From a plasmid: 64,000 nt of DNA. A program made the translations under genes and the position numbers. This document shows positions 28,496 to 37,669 of this stretch, one piece after another. The notes beneath the pieces were generated by a model, which saw only the letters and a program-made list of their open reading frames with translations, was not told the DNA's origin and made no database searches. The stretch lies in the sequence record NZ_CP024444.1, one strand, 5' to 3'. The first letter of the stretch is position 1. Every line of letters begins with the position of its first letter.

Positions 28496-30721
28496 ATGAC
28501 TACATTGGTATATGACAACAACAGTTTTTTTAACTTTAACAGTTCTTTTAACTCACTACTGGACGGTATTATGGAAAAAGTTCCTGGTATGCTCGGTCCT
28601 GATAGTCCACCTATGGCATCAAATGCTGTGACAGAGAATGTGGTTGTAACTGAAACAATCCAACAAACCACTGTTGCGCCATCTGACGTGATTTTGGATG
28701 ACCCAGGATTGACTACAGAACCAACGTTCCAAACTAGACCAAAGCCACTTAATCATAATCTACGTCGATTTATGAAAGAGTCATGGTTTAGACCTGTGGC
28801 GTTGGCATCTGCTGCCATTCTTGCAATTGGTGTCACCTTTGCAATCGGCTCTTTATCACAAAAAGACACCCCATTGGATAAAAAATCTCAAATGGATGTC
28901 GTGGATATCAACCAATCAAAAACAGGTGAGGAAAGCCTAAGTCCTCAACAAGCCGAGTTTTTACGTCAAAAACAAGCTGCACTTGCAGAACAAAATGAAC
29001 AAGCAGGGGTTACCAACGCGCCAGCGGTTATTATCCCGACAGCGACTACAGCTGATACGACAGCGACGTCTATGCCTATCGATACCAATCAGTCAGACGC
29101 ATCGGGTTTTAAAAAGAAAGACGCTTTGGTAAACCCTAACGGTGCGCCAGCTAATCAAGCAAATGCTTTACCACCTGATATCAACGATCCAAATAAATAC
29201 CAAAAGGTTGGTAGTGGCAGCGATACTTACTATATCGAAAAAAGCACACAGCGTCTTATTGTGCCACCAAACCAAGCCTTTACTGAAACCAAACCAGCAC
29301 CGATTGTTCAGCCTGGCAATGGCACGGCAACGGCAATGACTGCCAATACAGGCGGTACGGGTGGTGCAGGGGGCGCAGGCGGTACGGGTGGTGCAGGGGG
29401 CAATGGTAGTGGCGATCCAACTTATACCGTTGACCCTACTATTCAACGTTTGCGTGACGAAGTTAAAGCCAATTTTGACCAACAGCAACAAGCAGAAGAT
29501 GCTTATAATCAGCAACAGCAACAAGCGCAGCTGCAAGCACAGCAACAGCAAATGCAGCAACAGCAAGCGTTGATGCAACAACGTCAGCAAATGGCGGCTA
29601 ATGCGTTAAATAGCCAAGTGCAAACGTTAAGCAATAATGGGCAAGCAACGGGCGGTGGTTTCTCAACCAAAGCTTACCGCGTCAACCCATCAAATTACGC
29701 TATTAATGGCAACGTTAACATTGGTCAACCACAATACAATGACTACACGCGTCGCAACAATGGCGAGAATGTGCAATTTAATAATTCTATGAGTGTATCG
29801 GGGGCTGGTACTTCCAATACAAATTTTAATTCTGCAAATACTGGTGTTGCCAACAACACTTCAAGTCAGTATTTGCCGAGTAACGTCATTCGTGCTGGCA
29901 CAAGCTGGCCTGTGGTTATCACTAAAGAAGTGAATACCGATGAAGGTTTGCAAGTTATTGGACGTATTATGTCGGGTAAATTTGCAAATTCAACGGTATA
30001 TGGCATGGTGCAACCAACTGGGCGCAATATTGGGGTGGTTTTTGACCGGATTGCCCCAACAAACCCACGAAAACCTATTATTCCTGTCAATGCGATCGCA
30101 ACAACCATCGGCACTCAAAAACAAGCAGTAGCAACTAAGGTTAGCAAGCATTATCTACAAAATTATTCAGTTATTGCCGCAGAATCGATATTTGAAGGTT
30201 ATCAAGGTGCTTATGCAGGCGATGTCGGCGGTACAACGGTAACTGCTGGTGATGGCACTACTATCACTACAAAGCCAAAACCGAACTCTGAAATTATTCG
30301 CGGTAAAGTAATTGGTTCATTAAGTGGCAAATTAAACAATGATGTTGCCGCATTGGGTAACCGTGCCCCAACCTTTGAAATTGGTGTGGGTACCGTGCTT
30401 AATATGATGCTAATGAACGATTTTGATGTAACGCAAACAGTCAGTGATTTAGGGGGCGGTAGCAATACCCAAGGTGGTTCGGGTGGTATGGGTGGTGGTA
30501 ATTATTTTTTACCAAACGGTGGTCGCACTAACACGTCATACTACCAACCTAACGGTGGCAACAACCAACAAGGTGTTCAGCAAAATACGGGTAATTACCC
30601 ACAGGGCTACCAAAACTCACCGTACTCTCAAAGCAATCAAGATATGGGTTATACGCAAAATCAAGCGAATGGCTATTATCAACAACAGGTACAACCAAAT
30701 TATAACTATCAGCAACAATAG
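28496..30721 (+). CDS. dotG/icmE: DotG/IcmE (TraO / VirB10-like) channel protein with Gln/Gly-rich low-complexity regions
   Basis: 741 aa. TM around residue 100, Gly-rich and poly-Gln middle, and a C-terminal TrbI/VirB10-like beta-barrel region (..AGTSWPVVITKEVNTDEGLQVIGRIMSG..VVFDRIAP..). Ends in a Q/N/G/Y-rich tail. Confidence 0.6.
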   Translation: MTTLVYDNNSFFNFNSSFNSLLDGIMEKVPGMLGPDSPPMASNAVTENVVVTETIQQTTVAPSDVILDDPGLTTEPTFQTRPKPLNHNLRRFMKESWFRPVALASAAILAIGVTFAIGSLSQKDTPLDKKSQMDVVDINQSKTGEESLSPQQAEFLRQKQAALAEQNEQAGVTNAPAVIIPTATTADTTATSMPIDTNQSDASGFKKKDALVNPNGAPANQANALPPDINDPNKYQKVGSGSDTYYIEKSTQRLIVPPNQAFTETKPAPIVQPGNGTATAMTANTGGTGGAGGAGGTGGAGGNGSGDPTYTVDPTIQRLRDEVKANFDQQQQAEDAYNQQQQQAQLQAQQQQMQQQQALMQQRQQMAANALNSQVQTLSNNGQATGGGFSTKAYRVNPSNYAINGNVNIGQPQYNDYTRRNNGENVQFNNSMSVSGAGTSNTNFNSANTGVANNTSSQYLPSNVIRAGTSWPVVITKEVNTDEGLQVIGRIMSGKFANSTVYGMVQPTGRNIGVVFDRIAPTNPRKPIIPVNAIATTIGTQKQAVATKVSKHYLQNYSVIAAESIFEGYQGAYAGDVGGTTVTAGDGTTITTKPKPNSEIIRGKVIGSLSGKLNNDVAALGNRAPTFEIGVGTVLNMMLMNDFDVTQTVSDLGGGSNTQGGSGGMGGGNYFLPNGGRTNTSYYQPNGGNNQQGVQQNTGNYPQGYQNSPYSQSNQDMGYTQNQANGYYQQQVQPNYNYQQQ
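29351..29401 (+). repeat. near-perfect tandem duplication (24-nt unit, 27-nt period) encoding GGTGGAGG(A)
   Basis: GGCGGTACGGGTGGTGCAGGGGGC occurs twice, separated by GCA, inside the dotG-like gene. Confidence 0.85.
29470..29600 (+). repeat. CAG/CAA codon-repeat (poly-Gln) tract
   Basis: Runs of CAACAGCAACAAGC.. encode QQQQAQLQAQQQQMQQQQALMQQRQQ. Confidence 0.8.
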
Positions 30722-30782
30722 ACGGCTAGTTACCAACCTTACCCGGTAAGGGTTTAACAGGTGGTGATCAACATTCATTAAG

Positions 30783-30792
30783 TTTTAGCGAA
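30783..30792 (+). promoter_or_regulatory. island motif copy (TTTTAGCGAA)
   Basis: 12 nt upstream of ATG 30805 (dotF-like). Confidence 0.5.
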
Positions 30793-30804
30793 AAGGGTTT
30801 TTTT

Positions 30805-31920
30805 ATGAAAAGTGTAACAAAAGCCACGTCGAAGGTGACTAGATTAACCGAAATGACATCAGCGACACCAGGCAAACCGGGTATTAAAACGGATCAAACG
30901 CAAAAGAAAAAATTAGACTTGCCCTTACCATTACCAGCCTTAATCGCCTTAGGTGTTTTGGTTGCAGGCGTCATGATTTTTGCAATTGTTCACCAAATGA
31001 ACCGCAAACCAACCGTGGTTCAGACAAAAATAGTTACCCCAATTGCCTCTACCACGGCAACGACTGAACTTACCACAGTCGGCACCCAACCGACTACTGT
31101 TGTGAGTGTTATCAATCCAAGTCCTGATTATTTCATGAATAAGCCTGACCCAATTGGGGCGTTAGCTGAACAAAGTACCGACCAAGCGATTAAAGGTAGT
31201 CCTACCTATCAACCCAATGTTGGTTTAAGAACCCCAAACGGTACCATCATTGCTGAAGCATCACCGGAAATGAATACCATCCGTCAAGCCGTTCAATCGG
31301 GGGTAGTGCAAACACTTAATGGCGCAATTACGTCGCAAAGTAATGGTCAAGGCGGACAGACGCTAACTTATATATCGCCAACAGGTCAAAGCATGCCATT
31401 GGCAACAGAACCAGCGCAATCTCAAGTGCAACAGTTGGCATTTGCTACTGCAAGAGATCAGTTGCAAAGCCAATTGCTCATTGCATCGACAGCTCAACAA
31501 GCTGGTACCCCTGTGCCTGTTCAACCAGTACAGCCAGTACAAGCCCAAGCTGCACCATCGCTTAACAACGAAGAAAAACAAGCATTGATGGACATCATTG
31601 CTATGCAAAAGCAACAAAACTTGCAATTGCGTATGCAAAACCGTGAAATCAAAGACAAGATGGCGACTCAAGACCGTCAAGTCACTCAAGTATTCCAACG
31701 TCTTGAAGACTCACCGAATGCAAGCCAAAAACTACGTGCAACGATGCTGCCTAAATCTGCTGGCTATAAATACATTGCTTCAATGAATGGTCGTTATTGG
31801 GTTCAAGACAAGACAGGTCATATTACTACCTTAACTTCAGGCGAGATTTTACCTGGCACTGACTTGCGCATTGTCGATGCACAGGCTGATACAGGTATTA
31901 TTTTGGTTACTAGAAAATAA
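30805..31920 (+). CDS. dotF/icmG: DotF/IcmG-like (TraP-like) bitopic inner-membrane protein
   Basis: 371 aa; N-terminal TM (..ALIALGVLVAGVMIFAIV..), Q-rich coiled coil and a C-terminal periplasmic domain; positioned after the dotG-like gene. The motif TTTTAGCGAA is upstream. Confidence 0.45.
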   Translation: MKSVTKATSKVTRLTEMTSATPGKPGIKTDQTQKKKLDLPLPLPALIALGVLVAGVMIFAIVHQMNRKPTVVQTKIVTPIASTTATTELTTVGTQPTTVVSVINPSPDYFMNKPDPIGALAEQSTDQAIKGSPTYQPNVGLRTPNGTIIAEASPEMNTIRQAVQSGVVQTLNGAITSQSNGQGGQTLTYISPTGQSMPLATEPAQSQVQQLAFATARDQLQSQLLIASTAQQAGTPVPVQPVQPVQAQAAPSLNNEEKQALMDIIAMQKQQNLQLRMQNREIKDKMATQDRQVTQVFQRLEDSPNASQKLRATMLPKSAGYKYIASMNGRYWVQDKTGHITTLTSGEILPGTDLRIVDAQADTGIILVTRK

Positions 31921-31935
31921 AAAAGAGCTGTCATC

Positions 31936-32544
31936 ATGCTGTTATTGACCGTCAATAAACCCGATATCATTGTCATGCTGTCCAATATGGCATTGGCATT
32001 TGATTATCTATTGAAGTTTTTGCGCTATGCATTAGTGTTTTTATCATTGGTGTGGGTTTTTTATGCCTTGTTAAATTTGTATGCATTAGCTTCAGCAAGT
32101 AGCGGTGTACCAAACAAATTTTTCCCAACTCAAGCGCAGCCAACGACGGCTGGTGCTTTTGCCCAATTATTTGTCGCAGGTTTATTATTTACATTTGCTT
32201 GGAATTTGCTACCGATGGCAATCATGAGTTCATCGGTAATGGATAGTATTGCAGGGGTTAAGGTTTACTCATTAGGTAGTTATGATACAACCAATCCAAA
32301 TTCTGACGTGGTTCGTAAGTTGTCCTATGATTTACTTATCAAGGTTATGCAATTTATTGGATTTATGGGGATGTTTAAAGGCATACGCCTGTGGTACCAA
32401 GTATCGCAAGGCACCAATAATGAGCCAAGCTGGAAAATTATGGGCTATTTATTTTGGGGAATGGTGGCATTTAATTTTGAATGGTTCTACTCATTGTTAA
32501 CCAGCATTATGGGCTTTGACTTCTTAGGCTTGTTTATGCACTAG
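31936..32544 (+). CDS. dotE/icmC: DotE/IcmC-like polytopic membrane protein
   Basis: 202 aa, about 4 TM; assigned by position in the icmG-icmC-icmD-icmJ order. Confidence 0.4.
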   Translation: MLLLTVNKPDIIVMLSNMALAFDYLLKFLRYALVFLSLVWVFYALLNLYALASASSGVPNKFFPTQAQPTTAGAFAQLFVAGLLFTFAWNLLPMAIMSSSVMDSIAGVKVYSLGSYDTTNPNSDVVRKLSYDLLIKVMQFIGFMGMFKGIRLWYQVSQGTNNEPSWKIMGYLFWGMVAFNFEWFYSLLTSIMGFDFLGLFMH

Positions 32545-32792
32545 CAATAAAATAAATATTTGTAACTGTAATGTGCTCGATAATATCAAATTTTGTCGAG
32601 CATTAAATCAATGATGATAGACCCTAGATGCGCAGTAACAAATGGGCTTAGAGCTAAAAAAAGTTCAAAAAAAAGCCATTAAATTTGTGTTTAAATTGTT
32701 TTTAATTAAATTTTAATGTGGTATTATCTTACCAAACGGTAACTTTGAGTACCAACCCAACCACCAGTCACTACTTCACAGGTGGTGAATAA

Positions 32793-32803
32793 TTTTTAGC
32801 GAA
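32793..32803 (+). promoter_or_regulatory. island motif copy (TTTTTAGCGAA)
   Basis: Followed by TAAGAGG SD and ATG 32816 (icmD-like copy 1). Confidence 0.55.
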
Positions 32804-32815
32804 TAAGAGGCTTGT

Positions 32816-33223
32816 ATGAAAATTACAGACATTAAGCAGTCTATTAACGACAAAGTTTTAGCAGCATTCGTTCTACTCCCAGCAATTATTGCCACCATGC
32901 CAGCCGAGGCTAGTACCTCGCTATCAGATGCCTACAGCGCAGACAAATCTAAAGCAGGCTCATTAACATCGTCAAACGGCGGTAATGCTGACGCAGGCTT
33001 AGGTATCGTCTATAAATTACTATCAGGTGTTTTCATCCTAGTGGGCTTATGGTTCATTGGTACTGGTTTCATGAAAGTTCGTAAAGCATCAAACAGTGAA
33101 GGTCGTGAAAGCCCTACAGGTGGTTGGGTTGCCGTTGTCATTGGCGGTGCCCTAGCGACATCATCTTACATTCTTTGGACCATGTCTAAAACAGTTGAAA
33201 ACGTTACTGGTGCTAGTTCATAA
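32816..33223 (+). CDS. dotP/icmD: DotP/IcmD-like small membrane protein (copy 1)
   Basis: 135 aa; signal/TM plus two TM helices; C-terminus ..LWTMSKTVENVTGASS is paralogous to the next gene. The motif lies 12 nt upstream of the ATG. Confidence 0.4.
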   Translation: MKITDIKQSINDKVLAAFVLLPAIIATMPAEASTSLSDAYSADKSKAGSLTSSNGGNADAGLGIVYKLLSGVFILVGLWFIGTGFMKVRKASNSEGRESPTGGWVAVVIGGALATSSYILWTMSKTVENVTGASS

Positions 33224-33253
33224 GAGTAAACGGTTAACACCTTGTCAACTCAA

Positions 33254-33290
33254 AAGCATCTATTCATTAAACTGGGTAGGTGCTTTTTTT
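33254..33290 (+). terminator. putative rho-independent terminator
   Basis: AAGCATCTA..TAGGTGCTT imperfect stem followed by T7, between the two icmD-like paralogues. Confidence 0.45.
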
Positions 33291-33322
33291 AATTACAACA
33301 TAGAAATCTAATACAACCTACA

Positions 33323-33712
33323 ATGGGTGTTGAAATGTCTAATCTACAACAGCTAAAAAAACTGCCTGCCACATTAATTTCATTGCTGATCCTTTTTTAT
33401 GTATCACCAACCTTTGCCGCCCTTGATGCCCTACCTGATTCGCCACACCAAGATGCAACCATTCCCAAAGTAGCAGGACATTTTGATGAAACATTGGGTA
33501 TTGCTTATAAAACCTTTACGGGTTTTGCTGTGGTGGTAGGCTTAATCTTTATTTACGTTGGACTAAGCCGACTTAAAAAAATCAATAACGATGAAATCAG
33601 TGGTAGCGTGGCATCCTGTTTTTGGATATTGGGTATCGGTGGTGCGATGGCATCCTTGGGCGTCGTTTTATTTTCTATGTCTAAAACCGTTGAGTCGGGT
33701 ACGACAGGTTAA
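33323..33712 (+). CDS. DotP/IcmD-like small membrane protein (copy 2)
   Basis: 129 aa; same architecture; C-terminus ..LFSMSKTVESGTTG. A putative terminator (33254-33290) separates it from copy 1. Confidence 0.4.
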   Translation: MGVEMSNLQQLKKLPATLISLLILFYVSPTFAALDALPDSPHQDATIPKVAGHFDETLGIAYKTFTGFAVVVGLIFIYVGLSRLKKINNDEISGSVASCFWILGIGGAMASLGVVLFSMSKTVESGTTG

Positions 33713-33738
33713 CACTGCCTCGCAAGGAAAATCATATT

Positions 33739-34716
33739 ATGAGTTACCTACCACATGGATTTGGCCGCCTACAGTTAAATGTTCACCGCCCTAACTGGCG
33801 CAATGAAATCAACCTCCATCGCACGCCAAAATATCTAAGTATTCTACATTCAGCTCGCCGAAATACCGCGCAAGCCGCCTGCCACTTTTGCGGTTACCCT
33901 GACGGTGAGTTTTTAGAAATTCACCATGTCAATGGCGATCATGATGATTATTCAGACGGCAATATCAAGTATGCCTGTTCATTGTGTCATCGATTACATC
34001 ATCTAGGGTGGGCTGGTATTAAGTCAAACGGCAAGCTCATTCATTTACCATCATGGCAAACCATAGGCCAACAGGGAAAAGCGCAGCATGAAGTCCATAG
34101 CCTTGAAGTGTTTAATATCATGCAACGCTTTGTCATTATGTCTAAGTTTTTAAGTCAAGACGAGCAAGAGCGTTTTCAGGCATCCGCGCTTATGGAAAGT
34201 ATTTCATCGTTGCTTGCCTGCTTTAAGCATGTTGACTTGCAAAGTGCCTATATCGCCAATAAATATCGCATTGCAAAAATCTTGCAAAATCAGCGCGAGA
34301 TTGAAACTAAAACGCCTGAAGAAAAGGCAGCGGCACTAAAAAAACAAAAAGAAGAGCGTTTAGCTGAACAGCTGCAAGATGATAGCGATGTATTTAATAC
34401 AGAAAAGCTCAACATCATTGATTTGGTCGACGCCTTATGTCAGGTGCATCAGCATCATTTACTAACGAGCCATGACCCAAAACAACCGTCGCCAACCGAC
34501 ACCTTTTTTGCCCAACAAACCACGGGTGAGTTTGGTCGTTTAACCCTATTCTATAATGAGTCAATCTTCGAGCCATTTGAGCCAAACCCTGCTTATTCTC
34601 TCGAAGAGCGTCTGCAAAGCTATCGTGATAGCAATATGTTTACCAAAGATGGGTTAACCAAAATATTGCATGTATCAAGACAAGGTCGGCAGGCAAGTCA
34701 TCAAGCAATCAGTTAG
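33739..34716 (+). CDS. dotN/icmJ: DotN/IcmJ-like Cys/His-rich zinc-binding protein with C-terminal extension
   Basis: The motif string C-x-FCGY..(8)..H-VNGDHDDYSDGN..YACSLCHRLHH..LIHLPS matches the pattern I recall for Legionella IcmJ (CQFCGF..NLDGDYTNN..ACCFCAQCFF..IYLPE). The protein is 325 aa against about 208 aa for IcmJ. Confidence 0.55.
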   Translation: MSYLPHGFGRLQLNVHRPNWRNEINLHRTPKYLSILHSARRNTAQAACHFCGYPDGEFLEIHHVNGDHDDYSDGNIKYACSLCHRLHHLGWAGIKSNGKLIHLPSWQTIGQQGKAQHEVHSLEVFNIMQRFVIMSKFLSQDEQERFQASALMESISSLLACFKHVDLQSAYIANKYRIAKILQNQREIETKTPEEKAAALKKQKEERLAEQLQDDSDVFNTEKLNIIDLVDALCQVHQHHLLTSHDPKQPSPTDTFFAQQTTGEFGRLTLFYNESIFEPFEPNPAYSLEERLQSYRDSNMFTKDGLTKILHVSRQGRQASHQAIS

Positions 34717-36155
34717 TGGCGATGTCAGTGAGTGAATTAACCCGTCAGGCGATATTTGAGTTTTTTAACCCAACTGGTCAACCTTTAACAGCCTTTGACC
34801 AATTTAAAGCTGACTATGCTTGGTGTTTTGATGTAGATATCGAAAATAGCCCACAGTTACCTTTTATTCAAGCATGGTGTAATAGCGACTTGGAACGGGT
34901 AACTGCGGCTAATTTTTTTCATCAGCCGCCAGCGGTCAAAGACTTGCCGTGTTTTGCCACCAAAGACAAAACCCTAACCTTATTAAGCACCCGTTCGGTA
35001 TGGGGACCTATGGTGTCCCGTGCTGAAAGTGTGCCGAGTTTTCTACCTGTGCCACCGCCTGCCCAATTAAACCTAGCTTATCATGAGCAGTTATTAGGGT
35101 ATGTGGTGCATCTACCTATGCGCTTGTCATCCCATCAGCAAGGTTGGTTGTCTTTGGTCAATCCCCCCATGTTATTGGAACAAGGAAAACCTTATTTTTT
35201 ATTCACCGCCAATGAGTATGAGTTCTTAAAGCGCATGCGTATACTGACATCCGCGCATGCCTGCCTGCCTATCAGTATGTTTGCGCTATCAGGTAGTTAT
35301 CTAGCCGGGCAATTAAATAAGTATCTACCCACACCATCACGCAATCAATACGCTGGTAACCCTGAATTACTAGCTATCGCCCAAGCCATATATCTACATA
35401 CTTTTTCTGCCCAATCACCGATAAACGTCAATGACGAGCAGGGCACCCATGGCATTCAGCATCTAGCCAGCTACCAAACCTTGCTGAATTTTTATCGCCA
35501 TTTGGCCAATCGAGAAGAGCGATTGCATCAGCTCATGGCATTAACCTATGGCTTGATTGCCACTAAACCGAGTAAATATAACAATCAGCCAAACCTAATT
35601 AGTCCTGAATGGTTTACTTTTAATGTATTGGCAAATGCAGACAAAGAACAGGCTAGACGCGAGCGCAAAGCCCATAATGGTTTGGGTTATTACCTTGTTA
35701 GTCGTTCAAACAAGGGTTTGGCTATTAACCTTGCGGCTTTGGCTGTCTGCGGCATTATCACCGATGAAGAGAAGATAACCGCCAAAGATGATGAGGCAAC
35801 CTCACCTGTCAAATCTCGTTCCAAGGCTAAAAAATCAACCAAGCCTGTCGAAAATAATGGCTTAGAATTGCTATTTGATGCCATCGAAAATGCCTTTGTT
35901 GTTGAAGCGGATAATGAATTAAGTGAGATCAAAGACATTTTATTGGAACCGGAAAACTATTTAGCCTTAAAACCACAGTTGATGCGACATTCAACATTAA
36001 TGCTTTCAATCCTTGAAGCCTGTATGTTTTCCGAACAAAGTGACGACAGCTCGTCACAACAACAGCAGGAACAAGAAAAACCACAGGTTCAAGACACAGG
36101 CGATGACAGCCAGTCTAACGCTATCGAAGACAAGAAGGTGCATCAAGAAGGTTAA
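34716..36155 (+). CDS. hypothetical protein (479 aa) with acidic Q/E/D-rich C-terminus
   Basis: Start overlaps the upstream stop (TAGTG). No TM or recognisable domain. Sits in the insert between the dotN and dotO homologues. Confidence 0.4.
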   Translation: MAMSVSELTRQAIFEFFNPTGQPLTAFDQFKADYAWCFDVDIENSPQLPFIQAWCNSDLERVTAANFFHQPPAVKDLPCFATKDKTLTLLSTRSVWGPMVSRAESVPSFLPVPPPAQLNLAYHEQLLGYVVHLPMRLSSHQQGWLSLVNPPMLLEQGKPYFLFTANEYEFLKRMRILTSAHACLPISMFALSGSYLAGQLNKYLPTPSRNQYAGNPELLAIAQAIYLHTFSAQSPINVNDEQGTHGIQHLASYQTLLNFYRHLANREERLHQLMALTYGLIATKPSKYNNQPNLISPEWFTFNVLANADKEQARRERKAHNGLGYYLVSRSNKGLAINLAALAVCGIITDEEKITAKDDEATSPVKSRSKAKKSTKPVENNGLELLFDAIENAFVVEADNELSEIKDILLEPENYLALKPQLMRHSTLMLSILEACMFSEQSDDSSSQQQQEQEKPQVQDTGDDSQSNAIEDKKVHQEG

Positions 36156-36215
36156 CCAGCTCACGTCTTTATCCCTTTGATGCATTTTGCAAAAACGAAA
36201 CAGGATTTTCATACC

Positions 36216-37592
36216 ATGCCAAACCACCCACTGACAGTTAAACCCTTAGCCTTAGCAACCCTTTTCTTAGCAAGCTTACCTATCTCTGCTTTTGCTTGCG
36301 GTGTAACTGATAAGCCACCCGTCAAAAAAATTCCCTCAAACTATATTGCCGCCAGCAATAATCAATGCTTAATTTATAAATTTCTTCAAGATGATGCTGT
36401 TAAAAGCGTTACATGGACAGGTGAGTGTAAAGACGGCTATGCATCCGGTCATGGTATCGCTACTTGGTTCGATGGTGAAAACAAACCAATACTTCGTGTC
36501 GATACAGAACTCGACCACGGTGATATGAATAAGAAAGCGATAATGGATTGGGAACAAGAAAACGGCTGTGAATATAAACACATGGAAACCGATATGCGTG
36601 ATAACAAACAACGGGGGCATGCGGTTATTGAGTTTACCGATGGTAATAAGTATGTTGGTGAATCAAATGACCCTAATGTACCCAATAAAGGTGTTTTTAC
36701 TTGGGGGAAAGGTAGCCAATGGTCGGGTGATCGATATGAAGGGCAGTTTTTGAATGGTATACGGGATGGGTATGGTGTATATACGTCAGGCATCTATACC
36801 GATTGGGTTAACCAAGGCATTGACTTTAAAACCGCAAAATTTAACAACCCAACTGATTTTGATGATTACGAAGGGTTTCGCTATGAAGGTCAATGGAAAG
36901 CCGGTAACAAAGACGGTAAAGGTAAATTTTATAGTAAAGATTTTAATTATGAAGGCGATTGGGTGGATGACCAAAAAAATGGCAACGGTGTGGGCTACTG
37001 GCCTGGAAAAAAGGCAACTTATGAAGGGCAATGGAAAAATGACCAGCCTAATGGAAAAGGCAAGCTGACCACTGAAGAATTACGCTATGAGGGTGATTTT
37101 ATAGATGGCAACCGACATGGCCATGGCGTTTATTACTTGTACAAAGAGAATTCAAAATATGAAGGGGAATGGAAAGACGATCAAACCAATGGGAAAGGTA
37201 TGCTTACCCGTAATGATGACAAATGGTACCAATGGTACCAAGGGGACTTTCAGCATAGTAAAATTTCAGGGAAGGGTGAGCTGCATCTTGCAAGTGGTAC
37301 CGTAGCCGTAGGTAGTTTTATTGGTGGTTATGTGTGGGGCTTTAACACCGTCACTGTCCCAAAACCTGCCTATGATAACCCTAAAGCAAAACGTACTCCA
37401 AGTCTTGGTAAGTGGGTAGACCCAAACACCTATGTTGAACAAGGTTGGTTTTTTAATGATAAATTAGTCTTTAACTGTAAAAGCGAGCAAGATTGCTATA
37501 AGATTGCCAAAACCGATCCTGTTAAAAACAAATTCATTAAAGACACCGAGAAAAAAAGAGAATACTTTGAATTAAATTCAACGCTCGATTAA
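36216..37592 (+). CDS. MORN-repeat lipoprotein
   Basis: Signal peptide with lipobox (..LPISAFACG). At least 8 MORN-type repeats (YEGQWKAGNKDGKGKFY / YEGDWVDDQKNGNGVGY / YEGQWKNDQPNGKGKLT / YEGDFIDGNRHGHGVYY / YEGEWKDDQTNGKGMLT). Confidence 0.6.
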   Translation: MPNHPLTVKPLALATLFLASLPISAFACGVTDKPPVKKIPSNYIAASNNQCLIYKFLQDDAVKSVTWTGECKDGYASGHGIATWFDGENKPILRVDTELDHGDMNKKAIMDWEQENGCEYKHMETDMRDNKQRGHAVIEFTDGNKYVGESNDPNVPNKGVFTWGKGSQWSGDRYEGQFLNGIRDGYGVYTSGIYTDWVNQGIDFKTAKFNNPTDFDDYEGFRYEGQWKAGNKDGKGKFYSKDFNYEGDWVDDQKNGNGVGYWPGKKATYEGQWKNDQPNGKGKLTTEELRYEGDFIDGNRHGHGVYYLYKENSKYEGEWKDDQTNGKGMLTRNDDKWYQWYQGDFQHSKISGKGELHLASGTVAVGSFIGGYVWGFNTVTVPKPAYDNPKAKRTPSLGKWVDPNTYVEQGWFFNDKLVFNCKSEQDCYKIAKTDPVKNKFIKDTEKKREYFELNSTLD

Positions 37593-37619
37593 ATACACCC
37601 ATTACAATCAATAAAACAA

Positions 37620-37644
37620 AACAGGCTTAATAGCCTGTTTTTTC
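37620..37644. terminator. bidirectional rho-independent terminator
   Basis: ACAGGCT-TAAT-AGCCTGT hairpin followed by a T6 run, between convergent genes 36216-37592 (+) and 37670-39259 (-). Confidence 0.7.
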
Positions 37645-37669
37645 GTACAGTTACTCGGGTAATGGTGGG

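Noticed and set aside
29168-29590. 140-aa Leu-rich minus-strand ORF, plus other antisense ORFs inside the dotG-like gene
   Set aside because: Produced by the CAG/CAA and GGC repeats read on the opposite strand. It is fully contained in a much longer gene with a clear domain architecture.
29341-29600. Possible CRISPR-like repeats
   Set aside because: The repeats are in-frame coding low-complexity sequence (Gly and Gln codons) without unique spacers, so this is not a CRISPR array.
33739-34716. HNH endonuclease call for the Cys/His-rich protein
   Set aside because: The HH..N..C..CH..H pattern is HNH-like. However, the extended motif string, the gene order (after icmD-like genes, before the icmB-like insert) and the absence of a second domain fit DotN/IcmJ better. 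Kept as an alternative in the findings.
36369-37068. Cluster of overlapping 60-115-aa ORFs in both strands
   Set aside because: All lie inside the MORN-repeat lipoprotein gene; the repetitive sequence creates spurious open frames.
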